Below are positions 9,889 through 19,216 of a stretch of 64,000 nucleotides of DNA, in pieces. The stretch's first letter is position 1, and every line of letters starts with the position of its first letter. The notes beneath the pieces are model-generated. The model was not told the DNA's origin. It made no database searches and saw only the letters and a program-made list of their open reading frames with translations. A program made the position numbers and the translations under genes. Origin of the DNA: Alphaproteobacteria bacterium (lineage in GTDB: Bacteria > Pseudomonadota > Alphaproteobacteria > Bin95); NCBI GenBank assembly GCA_963665325.3, contig OZ224045.1:2432001-2496000 (forward strand), in the 5' to 3' direction.

Positions 9889-10588
9889 AGGCCATCCTCA
9901 CGGCCGATGCCCTGAGCGTCATGGCGGCACCGTTCACCGCCACCGCGATGGCGAGCAGCACCACGCCGAGCGCAAGCGCAAGTTCCAGATTGCCCTTGGA
10001 GGTTTCCAGCGCGATCGTCGTGGTCATGACGCGGGTCACATGGTTGATGTTGCCGCCGACGATGATGACCGCGCCCACCTCCGCCACCGCGCGGCCGAAG
10101 CCGGCGAGAGCCACTGTCAGGAGGCTGTAGCGCGCATCCCACAGCAGCGCGGCGACCCGGTCCAGAGGCCCGACGCCGAGCGAGTCGAACTGTTCGGCAT
10201 ATTCGCGGTAGTAGTCTTCCACCACCTGCCGGCTGAGCGCGGCGACGATAGGCGTGACGAGAATCGTCTGCGCGATAATCATGGCTGCCGGCGTGTAGAG
10301 AAGGCCCAGCGGACCCAGCGGCCCGGCTGCCGACAGCATCAGGTAGGCAATCAGTCCCACGACAACGGGCGGCAGGCCCATCAACGCGTTCAGGATGACG
10401 ATTGCGGCTGTCCGTCCCGGAAACCGGAACGCGCCTACCGCCGCGCCGAGCGGCAGGCCGATGGCGCAGGAGATGGCAACGGCCGTCAGCGTCACCCTGA
10501 GCGACAGGCCGATGATCTCGATGAGGTCGGAGTCCCAAGCCAGAATCAGGCCGAACGCCTCGCCGAGAATCTCCCAAAAACTCTCCAC
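9881..10588 (-). CDS. tupB: Tungstate ABC transporter permease
   Basis: LMGLPPVVVGL, FGRAVAEVGAV..VGGNI and TRVMTTTIALET motifs. Confidence 0.9.
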   Translation of the reverse strand: MESFWEILGEAFGLILAWDSDLIEIIGLSLRVTLTAVAISCAIGLPLGAAVGAFRFPGRTAAIVILNALMGLPPVVVGLIAYLMLSAAGPLGPLGLLYTPAAMIIAQTILVTPIVAALSRQVVEDYYREYAEQFDSLGVGPLDRVAALLWDARYSLLTVALAGFGRAVAEVGAVIIVGGNINHVTRVMTTTIALETSKGNLELALALGVVLLAIAVAVNGAAMTLRASAVRMAYV

Positions 10589-10778
10589 TCCGCGTTTCCT
10601 CCCGCGAATCGGAAGAAAAACATAAAAAACATACTAAATCCACAAATTCAGCAGGAATTTCAGCTGTGGTCGACCGGTGGAAGCCGGAACTTTTCAGCAT
10701 CGCGCGGGCCTTTCCCGCACCGGTGCGACGCTGTACGCTTTCCAACTGGACAGGCGCCAAAACAACAAGTTGCCGAAG

Positions 10779-11918
10779 ATGCCCGGGTTCGACGGACAGC
10801 GCGGCGGATTCCTCGAACGCCTGCGTTCGGCAGGCGGGGAAGTTTCGGGCGCGTTCGGCGATCTCGGCACGCTCCTGCCTTATGCGGTTGCGGCAATAGG
10901 CGCCGGCCTCCTCGCCCCGACGCCGGTCTTTGCGGGCTTTGCGGCGGGCTACCTGCTGGTGGCCGGGATCTACCGGATGCCCGTTTCCGTCCAGCCGATG
11001 AAGGCGCTCGGCGCGGTGATTGTCGCCGGCGGGCTGACAGCGGTCGAAACCGCTTGGGCAGGCGGCATTGTCGGCGCGGTTCTCCTCCTGCTTGCGGCCG
11101 TTCCGTCTTTCGAGAGGGCTGCCCGCGCGATTCCCCAATCGGTCGTCACTGGGCTCCAGGCCGGCCTCGGCCTGATGCTCGGAACGGTCGCCTTCGGCCT
11201 GATGAGCCAGGACTGGATCGTGGCGTTCGCGGCGCTCGCCGTGCTGGGGCTCTCCTTCGTTCTGCGGCGCGGGCCCTGGGCACTCGCCGTGGTTGTCGGC
11301 GCCGTGCTGCTGGCGCCTTATGCAGGCCCGCCCGCAGTCCCGGCCATGCCGGCCGGGGGCGCCGCTTCCGTCCAGGCCGTGGTGTCGGGCGTGCTGGCGC
11401 AACTGCCGCTCACCTTGCTCAACGCGGTGGTCGTCGCCGCCGCCGTGGCGCGTTCGCTCTATCCTGACCGCGCCTCGCATGTGGGCGAGCGCAAACTCGC
11501 GGCCACGAACGGGCTGCTGAACCTCGTTCTCGCGCCCCTGGGCGCCATGCCGATGTGCCACGGCGCGGGCGGCATCGCCGCACACCACCGCTTCGGCGCC
11601 CGCGGCATCGGCGCGCCGCTGACGATCGCGGCCTGCTGCGGCGCGGTTGCCCTGATGGGGCAGGAGGTCGTCGGCATTCTGATGGCGATCCCGCCCGCGG
11701 CGGTGGGGGCGCTGCTCATTTATGCGGCGGTCGACCTGATCCTGAGCCCGAGGCTGCTCGACGCCCGCCCGGATTGCCGGCCCGTCATCGCCGCCGCCGC
11801 GCTTGCGACGGTCTTCTGGGGCGCGCTGGCGGGCCTGCTGACGGGTCTGGCCGCCGAGGTGCTGCGAGTCCATGTCTGGCGGAAGCTTCGACCGGGCTCG
11901 CCGGAACCGGGCGCGTAG
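10779..11918 (+). CDS. MOT1-type molybdate transporter (secondary carrier)
   Basis: MOT1 signatures GEVSGAFGDLGTLLP, PVSVQPMKA and PMCHGAGG. Start uncertain (10677 or 10779). Confidence 0.85.
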   Translation: MPGFDGQRGGFLERLRSAGGEVSGAFGDLGTLLPYAVAAIGAGLLAPTPVFAGFAAGYLLVAGIYRMPVSVQPMKALGAVIVAGGLTAVETAWAGGIVGAVLLLLAAVPSFERAARAIPQSVVTGLQAGLGLMLGTVAFGLMSQDWIVAFAALAVLGLSFVLRRGPWALAVVVGAVLLAPYAGPPAVPAMPAGGAASVQAVVSGVLAQLPLTLLNAVVVAAAVARSLYPDRASHVGERKLAATNGLLNLVLAPLGAMPMCHGAGGIAAHHRFGARGIGAPLTIAACCGAVALMGQEVVGILMAIPPAAVGALLIYAAVDLILSPRLLDARPDCRPVIAAAALATVFWGALAGLLTGLAAEVLRVHVWRKLRPGSPEPGA

Positions 11919-11935
11919 TCCGGGCAGAGGCCTGT

Positions 11936-13033
11936 TCACACGCCGCCATAGGCGCCGCCTACCTCTTCGGGCGCAATGGCGACGGTCTTGATGACGGCGT
12001 AGCAGGACACGCCTTCGGCCAGACCCAGCGCCTCGGTAGAGCGGCGGGTCGCGCGGGACAGGATCGTGCCGGCCCTCGTGCGCACGGAGACGATGGCGCC
12101 GGGCCCTTCGCCCGCCCGGACCGATTCGACCGTGCCCGGCAGGATGTTCAGCGCCGACAGGCCTTCCGGCTCCCTGCGCGACAGCAGCACTTCATGCGCC
12201 GCAATCCGGACCCTGATCCGGCTGCCGGGCGCGTGCGGCACCCTCGGCAGGAACAGCCCGATGCCGCCGGCGTCGATTTCGGACAGCCCGTCGTCGTGAT
12301 GGCGGACCACCGCCGCCTCCAGCACCGCGCCGGCGCCGCGCGCGCCCACCGGCGTGACCGTCGGGTCGCCCAGCAACTCGACCGCCGGGCCCTGGCGCAC
12401 CGTCTTTCCGTCCTCCAGGGCAATCACGGTCGTCGCAAGCCGCGCCACCTCCGCCGCGGAATGGCTCACATAGAGCACGGGCACCGACACCTCGTCCCTG
12501 AGCCGCTCGAAATAGGGCAGGATTTCCGCCTTGCGCGCCTCGTCCAGCGAAGCCAGAGGCTCGTCGGCGAGAATGAGCCGGGGGCTCGCCAGCAGCGCGC
12601 GCCCGATCGCAACCCGCTGCTTCTCGCCGCTCGACAGCGCCCCGGGGCGGCGGCCCAGAAGATGCCCGATGCCGAGCATTTCGACGATGCGCCCCATATC
12701 CTCTCGCGGCCCGTCCTTCGGTGCGAACCAGCGGCCGTAAAGCAGGTTCTGGCGGACGGTGAGATGGGGGAAAAGCCGTCCCTCCTGGAAGATATAGCCG
12801 AGCCGGCGGCGGTGGGGCGGCAGCCACGCGCCGCGTGCGGTGTCGAACAATACCCATCCATCGGCGGCCGCGCGCCCTGCGTCCGGCCTGAGAAGCCCCG
12901 CCACGGCGTTCACGGTCGTCGTCTTGCCGGACCCGGAGCGGCCGAAGAGCACGGTCACGCCCGGCGGCGCCTCGAAGGAAACGTCGAGTTCGAAGCCGGG
13001 AAAGGCGTGGCGCAGGGTCACGGAAAGCGTCAT
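11936..13033 (-). CDS. modC: Molybdate ABC transporter ATPase with TOBE domain
   Basis: GRSGSGKT, GYIFQEGRLFPHL, LSSGEKQRVAIGRAL and YVSHS motifs, with a C-terminal SALN/TOBE region. Confidence 0.93.
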   Translation of the reverse strand: MTLSVTLRHAFPGFELDVSFEAPPGVTVLFGRSGSGKTTTVNAVAGLLRPDAGRAAADGWVLFDTARGAWLPPHRRRLGYIFQEGRLFPHLTVRQNLLYGRWFAPKDGPREDMGRIVEMLGIGHLLGRRPGALSSGEKQRVAIGRALLASPRLILADEPLASLDEARKAEILPYFERLRDEVSVPVLYVSHSAAEVARLATTVIALEDGKTVRQGPAVELLGDPTVTPVGARGAGAVLEAAVVRHHDDGLSEIDAGGIGLFLPRVPHAPGSRIRVRIAAHEVLLSRREPEGLSALNILPGTVESVRAGEGPGAIVSVRTRAGTILSRATRRSTEALGLAEGVSCYAVIKTVAIAPEEVGGAYGGV

Positions 13034-13722
13034 GCGCCAGCCACCCGTCTCGCCACCCGCCGCGCGACGATCTCGGAGAGCAGCAGCGCCGCCATCGAGA
13101 CGGCGACCGCGATCACGACCAGCCGGAGCGCGGAGGCTTCGCCGCCGGGAACCTGGAGGAAGGTGTAGATGGCCGTCGGCAGGGTCTGCGTCTGGCCGGG
13201 GATGTTGGAGACAAAGGTGATCGTCGCGCCGAACTCGCCCATCGCCTTGGCGAAAGCGAGGATCGCGCCGGCGAGGATGCCGGGCAGGACGAGCGGCAGG
13301 GTGACGGTCGCGAAGACCCAGGGGCCGGAGGCGCCGAGCGTCGCGCTCGCCTGTTCGAGCTTCGGGTCCACCGCTTCGATGGAAAGCCGGATGGCGCGGA
13401 CCATGAGGGGAAAGGCCATGACCGCGGCTGCCAGCGCCGCGCCCGTCCAGCGGAAGGCGAAGACGATGCCGACCTCCTGCAGCAGGCTGCCGAGGGGCCC
13501 GCGGGTGCCGAATGCCAGCAACAGCAGGTAGCCCGTCGCCACCGGGGGCAGGATGAGCGGCAGATGCACCAGCCCGTTCAGGAGCTGTCGGCCCGGGAAG
13601 CGCCAGCGCGCGAGCGCATAGGCGGTCAGCACGCCGAGCGGCAGGCTCGCGAGCGTTGCCCAGAACGCGACGCGCAGGGACAGCGCGACCGCCTGCCACT
13701 CCTCGGGGCTCAGCCAGTCCAT
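13030..13722 (-). CDS. modB: Molybdate ABC transporter permease
   Basis: HLPLILPPV, FPLMVRAIRL and GEFGATITFVSNIPG motifs. Confidence 0.94.
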   Translation of the reverse strand: MDWLSPEEWQAVALSLRVAFWATLASLPLGVLTAYALARWRFPGRQLLNGLVHLPLILPPVATGYLLLLAFGTRGPLGSLLQEVGIVFAFRWTGAALAAAVMAFPLMVRAIRLSIEAVDPKLEQASATLGASGPWVFATVTLPLVLPGILAGAILAFAKAMGEFGATITFVSNIPGQTQTLPTAIYTFLQVPGGEASALRLVVIAVAVSMAALLLSEIVARRVARRVAGA

Positions 13723-13731
13723 GCCGCAATT

Positions 13732-14520
13732 CTACTCGAACGAGACGGCAAAGCCTTGCCGCTCGAATGCCGTTCGTGCGGCGGGTCCGCGAAGCCAGGC
13801 GAGGAAGCGCCGATTGAGCGGGTTGCCGCTCGCGGCCACGGCAGCGGCGGGATAGACGATGGGCGGGTGGGTATCCGCCGGGAAGGTGCCGGCGACCGTC
13901 ACATTGTCATCGGCCGCGGCGTCGGTGGCATAGACGATTCCGAAAGGCGCCTCGCCGGAAGAGACCAGCGCCAGCGCCGCGCGCACATTGTCCGCCTGCG
14001 CCACCTTCGGCGCGACGGCCTCCCAGGCGCCCAGCGACCTGAGCGCGGCCTTGGCGTAGATCCCGGCGGGCACCGCATCCACGAGCGTCATGGCGAGGCG
14101 GCCCCCGCCAAGCATGGCGGCGATGTCCATGCCCGGTGCGATCTCCACCTTTGCCGCATCCCGGCCGTGGGCGACCAGCACGAGGGCGTTGCCCAGCAGG
14201 TCGAAGCGGCTTGCGGGGTCGACGAGGCCGTCCCGCTCCAGCGCATCCATCCAGCCGGGATTGGCGGAAATGAAGATGTCCGCTGGCGCGCCGTGCTGGA
14301 TCTGGCGGGCAAGCGCGGAGGAGCCGGCAAGCGACGCAGCGACGGCATGACCGGTCTCCCGCTCGAAGCCGGCGGAAACTTCGTCCATCGCGTTCTTCAG
14401 GCTGGCCGCGGCGAACACCGTGAGCCCGTCGGCGCCGAAGCCGGGCACGGCGAGGCCCAGGCCGAAGGCGAAGCCGGCGGCGAGTCCGAACAGGCGGCGG
14501 CGGATGGACGGAATCGGCAA
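13732..14520 (-). CDS. modA: Molybdate ABC transporter substrate-binding protein
   Basis: VFAAASL, GSSALARQI, ADIFISAN, VPAGIYA and GIVYATDA motifs. The TTG start at 14520 was chosen because AGGGAG precedes it and a signal peptide follows. The ORF track starts at 14640. Confidence 0.92.
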   Translation of the reverse strand: MPIPSIRRRLFGLAAGFAFGLGLAVPGFGADGLTVFAAASLKNAMDEVSAGFERETGHAVAASLAGSSALARQIQHGAPADIFISANPGWMDALERDGLVDPASRFDLLGNALVLVAHGRDAAKVEIAPGMDIAAMLGGGRLAMTLVDAVPAGIYAKAALRSLGAWEAVAPKVAQADNVRAALALVSSGEAPFGIVYATDAAADDNVTVAGTFPADTHPPIVYPAAAVAASGNPLNRRFLAWLRGPAARTAFERQGFAVSFE

Positions 14521-14625
14521 GGGCGGCGCTCCCTGGCGGTCGGCGCGTTCGGGCGGTCCGGCCAATTGGCCTGTTTCCGCCAGCCCGGCAAGGCCCTGCC
14601 GTTCGGCAGGACGTCCCCGCGAAGT

Positions 14626-14651
14626 GTCATGAATTGTCATGTTCCGTCATG
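14626..14651. promoter_or_regulatory. Three GTCATG direct repeats at 10-bp period upstream of modA; candidate operator
   Basis: GTCATG at 14626, 14636 and 14646 (GTCATGaattGTCATGttccGTCATG). Confidence 0.45.
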
Positions 14652-15216
14652 GCCGGGGGTGCGCGCGTCTCCCGTCCGATCCCTTTCCGTCGTGCCCGGA
14701 TCTCCCCCTCCGTGACGGGAAAAGGTTCGGTCTGGCAGGAAGTCGCCGTCGTCGCAGCCCTCCTGTGCTTCCATCGCCTCCCGGCAGGCGCGCTTCCGCG
14801 CGAGCGCGCGCTTGGTCCGATCGATGATGGGCATTAGGCGCGGCTCCTTTCGTTTCGCTCGGGTTCGATACCGGAAGCCCGGCTGCGGTGCGGGACCGCG
14901 CCGGGAGGACGGCGTTGACGGACAGACAGGCCGCCCGGCGGGGAGCGACCCTGTTTCGCGCGTATCGCGGGCGGGCGCGGGCGCGCGTTTGCGCCGGCGC
15001 GGTTCGCGCGCCTGATTGCGCGCGCGAGCCGGAAGGCGCACTTCGCCTGTGCGTCGAATCGGGGTCGTCCCGCGCCGGGCCGGCGCGAAGGGAAGCGGTC
15101 CGCGCGAGGTTTGCTTCCCTCAGGGTCATTCTAACACGGATATTGTGTGATCAAGCTCTTTCGGGAAATTTTTCAAAATATGCGAACGAACGATTTCGTC
15201 CCGGCGGACCGGACCT

Positions 15217-16140
15217 TCAGCCGCCGATCAGGATGAGGATACCGGCGACGACGAGCAGGATGCCGATGACTTCGACCCGCGTGCTCCGCTCCTTGAAGAT
15301 GAAGATGCCGGCGGCGAAGGTGAAGACCAGCTCGATCTGGCCGAGCGCGCGGACATAGGCGACGTTCTGGAGCGTCATGGCGGTGAACCAGCCGATGGAG
15401 GAGAGCGCGCCGGCGAAGCCCGCGAGGCTTGCCCAGCGCCAGGATCGCAGCACCGCGGCGAGCTGGCCGGGCTCGCGCCAGGTCATCCACAGCGCCATGC
15501 CGACCGTCTGGGCCAGAATGACGAAGGCAAGCGTGAAGCCGGCCTGCATCAGGAAGCCCGGCCCCTCTCCGGAATCCAGGCCTCCGAGCGACAGCGACGC
15601 CGCCCGGAATGAAACCGCCGAGATGCCGAACAGCGTGCCGGAGAAGATGCCGATCAACGCCGTCTTCTCGGTCCAACCCAGCCACAGCCTGCGCCAGTCG
15701 AGCTCGCTCTTCGCGGTGGAGAGCAGCATGACCCCGATAAGGCTGATGAAGATGGCCACAGCGGCGGCAAGCCCGATGCCGTCGCCGAGGATGACCAGCC
15801 CGAACAGGGCCGCCTGCACGGTTTCCGTCTTGGAATAGGTTGTGCCGACCGCGAAGTCGCGGAAGGAAAACAGCCAGACCAGGCAGAAGGTTGCGCCGAT
15901 CTGCGTCACCCCGCCGAGGAGGCCGAAGATGACGAACGTCGCATTGGGCTCGGGCCACTCCATCCCGGCGCCGTAATGCAGCGCCAGCACATAGGCGACC
16001 AGGAAGGGAAACCCGTAGCCGAACCGCGAGAAAGTGGCGCCCGAGTTCGAGAGTACACCCTTGAGGTGCTTCTGGACGGCGCTTCGGAGGTTCTGGCAAA
16101 AGGCGGCGAGGATCGTGATCGGGATCCAGAGCTCGATCAA
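15217..16140 (-). CDS. EamA/DMT family transporter
   Basis: About 10 TM segments; motifs QNLRSAVQK, FAVGTTYSKTE and AYVRALGQIE. Confidence 0.85.
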   Translation of the reverse strand: MIELWIPITILAAFCQNLRSAVQKHLKGVLSNSGATFSRFGYGFPFLVAYVLALHYGAGMEWPEPNATFVIFGLLGGVTQIGATFCLVWLFSFRDFAVGTTYSKTETVQAALFGLVILGDGIGLAAAVAIFISLIGVMLLSTAKSELDWRRLWLGWTEKTALIGIFSGTLFGISAVSFRAASLSLGGLDSGEGPGFLMQAGFTLAFVILAQTVGMALWMTWREPGQLAAVLRSWRWASLAGFAGALSSIGWFTAMTLQNVAYVRALGQIELVFTFAAGIFIFKERSTRVEVIGILLVVAGILILIGG

Positions 16141-16742
16141 CTGGATACAGCCTCCGTAATCCGGTCGCGCAACATCTCGAGGCGATCCCCGCCCCAGAAC
16201 AACTCATCCTTGAAAAGGTAGCTCGGCACGCCGAACACGCCGAGCTCCTCCGCCTCCCGAAGCACCTCGTCATGGCGGCGGCGGCCTTCGTCTTCCGCCC
16301 ATTCCGGGAAATCGTCGGCGCCGGGCACGCCCGCTTCCTCCAGCACCGAAGCGATGACGGTGGGGTCCTCGATTTCGAGCTCGCGCTTCCAGAAGCGTTC
16401 GAACACGCGGTCGATATAGGGCTCGAACCGCCCGTGGTCCTGCGCGCGGAGCATGCCGATATGGGCGATGGAGCTGTCGAAGATCTTCTGCGGGCCGCGC
16501 ACGGTCAGCCCCACCTGGTTCGCGAGCCGCCTTGCGTCCATGTAGCTGTACAGCACGCGGCGCCACTGGTGCGGGTTGCGCGTCTCCACCGCGCCCAGGA
16601 AATCCGGGATTTCCAGCGTGTAGAACTTCCAGACGGGGGCGATGCCGAATTCCGCCGCGAGCTTCCGCGTCGGACCGATGGCCAGATAGGCATAGGGGCT
16701 CTTGACGTCGATATAGACGGTAAGTTCGGGGGCAGCGGTCAT
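16137..16742 (-). CDS. 2-hydroxychromene-2-carboxylate isomerase / kappa-GST (DsbA-fold) family protein
   Basis: D.KSPYAYLA, GVFGVPSY and FWGGDRL motifs. Confidence 0.87.
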   Translation of the reverse strand: MTAAPELTVYIDVKSPYAYLAIGPTRKLAAEFGIAPVWKFYTLEIPDFLGAVETRNPHQWRRVLYSYMDARRLANQVGLTVRGPQKIFDSSIAHIGMLRAQDHGRFEPYIDRVFERFWKRELEIEDPTVIASVLEEAGVPGADDFPEWAEDEGRRRHDEVLREAEELGVFGVPSYLFKDELFWGGDRLEMLRDRITEAVSS

Positions 16743-16772
16743 GGGTTGTGTGATTCCTCAATGACGTTTGCA

Positions 16773-16967
16773 CTATGACGAAGCGTTGTCGTCCGGCCAT
16801 TTCCAGACGACCTGTCCGTCTTCGAACACGGCCACCGGCGTGCCGTTCTGCGCCGCCCGTCGCCACGCCTGCCTGGCGGCCCTCTGCATCGCCGCATTCA
16901 CTTTTTCGACATCCAGATGCGGCGGGCGCTCTTGCGTTTCCCTCTCTCGGGGCGGAACTGGGTTCAT
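16773..16967 (-). CDS. Small protein coupled to a zeta-like ATPase (putative antitoxin or partner)
   Basis: ATGA overlap with the upstream ATPase; ...NGTPVAVFEDGQVVW pattern, as seen in partners of such ATPases. Confidence 0.6.
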   Translation of the reverse strand: MNPVPPRERETQERPPHLDVEKVNAAMQRAARQAWRRAAQNGTPVAVFEDGQVVWKWPDDNASS

Positions 16968-17482
16968 TGCTTGGATTCCTCCAGCAACACCGGCGCGGGA
17001 CCTGAACTATCGTACATGAGCACATTATCCACCAGCGGACGATAGACGCGCTCCAAATTTCTCCGCCCCGCATGAAAACGGCGGCGAACGACTGCTTCCG
17101 GCACTTCGTGGCCGCCCTCGGAGACTCTTTGGCGGACGCGGGCGACGGCCGTTTCCGGGGTCGGCAGACCCAGGAAATACAGCGTCACACGGTAGTCGTT
17201 AGCCTGCCAACGAGGAATGGAACGAGCGTGGCCGACGCCGCTCAGCGTCGTCTCGAAGGCGAAGCTCTCACCTCTGGCGACATATTCCCGGATCATCTCG
17301 ATCATCAGCCGTCCCGCACGGTAGGCAACCGACTCCGGTCGAAACGGGCTCAGTCCTGCCGCAATCGCATCGGCGTTGATAAAGTCGGGACATTCGGCTT
17401 CTCTCGGCAGAAATTGCGTCGCGAAGGTCGTCTTCCCGGCCCCGTTCGGGCCGCCGATAATCAATATTCTCTTGTCCGCCAA
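16964..17482 (-). CDS. Zeta-toxin-like P-loop ATPase (COG4185-type)
   Basis: GGPNGAGKTT, FINADAIA, FAFETTLSG and RV..RV..GGH.VPE motifs. Confidence 0.85.
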   Translation of the reverse strand: MADKRILIIGGPNGAGKTTFATQFLPREAECPDFINADAIAAGLSPFRPESVAYRAGRLMIEMIREYVARGESFAFETTLSGVGHARSIPRWQANDYRVTLYFLGLPTPETAVARVRQRVSEGGHEVPEAVVRRRFHAGRRNLERVYRPLVDNVLMYDSSGPAPVLLEESKQ

Positions 17483-17598
17483 AATCCGGATGCCGCCAAC
17501 GAAGGAACACGCGGTATAGTCGAATCACTCGACTGCCGCTTGCGGGAGGAACGGAAAATGGCATGCACGGCGCCGATTGTCGAACCAGCGGAGGCCGA

Positions 17599-18558
17599 AT
17601 GAGCGGCCTGCGCGAACGGGCGCCGATGGACCCGGAGATGCGGGCCTTCCTCGACGCGACGACGGATACCGCAACGCAAGCGCTCGACCCGTTGGAGACG
17701 CCGCTGCCGGAAATGCGCCGGGCGATGGAGGCCGGGCGCATCGGCTATGCCGCTGGCGGGCCAGCGATGCGCGAGGCGGTGGACCGCGCGCTGGACGGAC
17801 CCGGACGACAGATCCTCGCGCGGTTCAACATGCCGGAGGTCGAGGGGCCGCTGCCGGCCTTCGTGCTGCTGCATGGTGGCGGCTGGACATGGAACACGAT
17901 CTACACCGGCGACCGCACGGCGCGCGAATATGCCGCCCGCGCGGGCGTGGCGGTGATCGCGCCCGACTATTCGCTCTCCCCGGAATACAAGTTTCCGCAG
18001 GCGCTCAATGAGTGCGTGGCGGCGCTCCGGGCGGTGCGTGCGGGCGCGGAGGAATGGGGCATCGACCCGGACCGGATTGCGGTCGGCGGGGATTCGGCCG
18101 GCGGCAACCTGGCGCTCGCCGCCGCGCTCATGTTGCGCGACGAGGGCGAGGACTGGCTTCGCGGTGCGCTGCTCAATTACGGCGTGTTCGACAGCGACTT
18201 CACCCGTGAGAGCTACCGGCTCTATGGGGGCGGGGACCTCTATCTTTCGAGCCGGCTGATGCGCTTCTTCTGGAACAACTATGTGCGCTCGCCGGACCAG
18301 ATGACCCATCCGCTCGCAGCACCGCTCAAGGCCGACCTCGCAGGCCTGCCGCCACTGCGCGTCGCCGCAGCGGAGCTGGATGTGCTGGCGGACGAAAGCC
18401 TTGCGCTTGCCGAAAAGGCGAAGCTCGCCGGGGTGGACACCGAATATGCGCTCTATGAGGGCGTCACCCACGGATTCCTGAGGGCGTCCGCCTCGGTCGC
18501 CAAGGCGGAACGCTGCCTTGCCGACGGCGCCCTTTGGCTCAACCGCATTCTCGCCTGA
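17599..18558 (+). CDS. Alpha/beta hydrolase, HSL/Aes-type esterase
   Basis: HGGG, GDSAG, catalytic D (ELDVL) and HGF motifs; GGAGG RBS before ATG 17599. Confidence 0.9.
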   Translation: MSGLRERAPMDPEMRAFLDATTDTATQALDPLETPLPEMRRAMEAGRIGYAAGGPAMREAVDRALDGPGRQILARFNMPEVEGPLPAFVLLHGGGWTWNTIYTGDRTAREYAARAGVAVIAPDYSLSPEYKFPQALNECVAALRAVRAGAEEWGIDPDRIAVGGDSAGGNLALAAALMLRDEGEDWLRGALLNYGVFDSDFTRESYRLYGGGDLYLSSRLMRFFWNNYVRSPDQMTHPLAAPLKADLAGLPPLRVAAAELDVLADESLALAEKAKLAGVDTEYALYEGVTHGFLRASASVAKAERCLADGALWLNRILA

Positions 18559-18576
18559 AACCGGAGCACCGATCCC

Positions 18577-19209
18577 ATGCCGGAAGAACGCCTTTCCTAC
18601 TACTGCACCATGGCCTCGCCCTGGACCTATCTCGGCCATGACGAGTTGCTGGCGCTCTGCGCCGGAAACGGCGTGGCCGTGGACATATTGCCCGTCGATC
18701 TCTCCGACGTGTTCTCGGTCTCCGGCGGGCTTCCCCTGCCGCAGCGGGCGCCGCAGCGCCGGGCCTACCGCCTGGTCGAGCTGCAGCGCTGGCGGGCGCG
18801 GCGCGGCGCCGACCTCAAGCTGCATCCGAAATATTTCCCGGCCCCGGCTGACCGCGCTAATTGCATGGTGGTGGCTGCCGTTATGGGCGGCCTCGACGGG
18901 GTGGCGCTGGCCGGCGCGCTGATGCGCGGCGTGTGGGCCGAGGACCGCAATATCGGCGATGACGTGGACCTTGCCGCCATCGCCGACGCCGCCGGCTTCG
19001 ACGGCGCGGGCCTGCTGGCGGAGGCCGGCGCCGGCGCTGTGCAGAACCGCTACAACGCGCAGACTGAACGGGCCAAGGCCGCCGGCGTGTTCGGGGCGCC
19101 GACCTATGTGTGGCGCGGCGAGCCGTTCTGGGGCCAGGACCGGCTGGACTTCGTTGCGCGCGCGCTGGCGGGCGAGACCGAGGCCATTGCGCTGCCCGAG
19201 GAGGCGTGA
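18577..19209 (+). CDS. 2-hydroxychromene-2-carboxylate isomerase family protein
   Basis: SPWTYLG, GVFGAPTY and FWGQDRLDF motifs. Confidence 0.88.
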   Translation: MPEERLSYYCTMASPWTYLGHDELLALCAGNGVAVDILPVDLSDVFSVSGGLPLPQRAPQRRAYRLVELQRWRARRGADLKLHPKYFPAPADRANCMVVAAVMGGLDGVALAGALMRGVWAEDRNIGDDVDLAAIADAAGFDGAGLLAEAGAGAVQNRYNAQTERAKAAGVFGAPTYVWRGEPFWGQDRLDFVARALAGETEAIALPEEA

Positions 19210-19216
19210 GGAGCCC

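Noticed and set aside
14521-14960. Possible Moco riboswitch upstream of modA (CTCCC...GAAAGGAG and GGAAAC fragments)
   Set aside because: The conserved Moco elements could not be found in the right order or spacing by eye; it would need an Infernal search.
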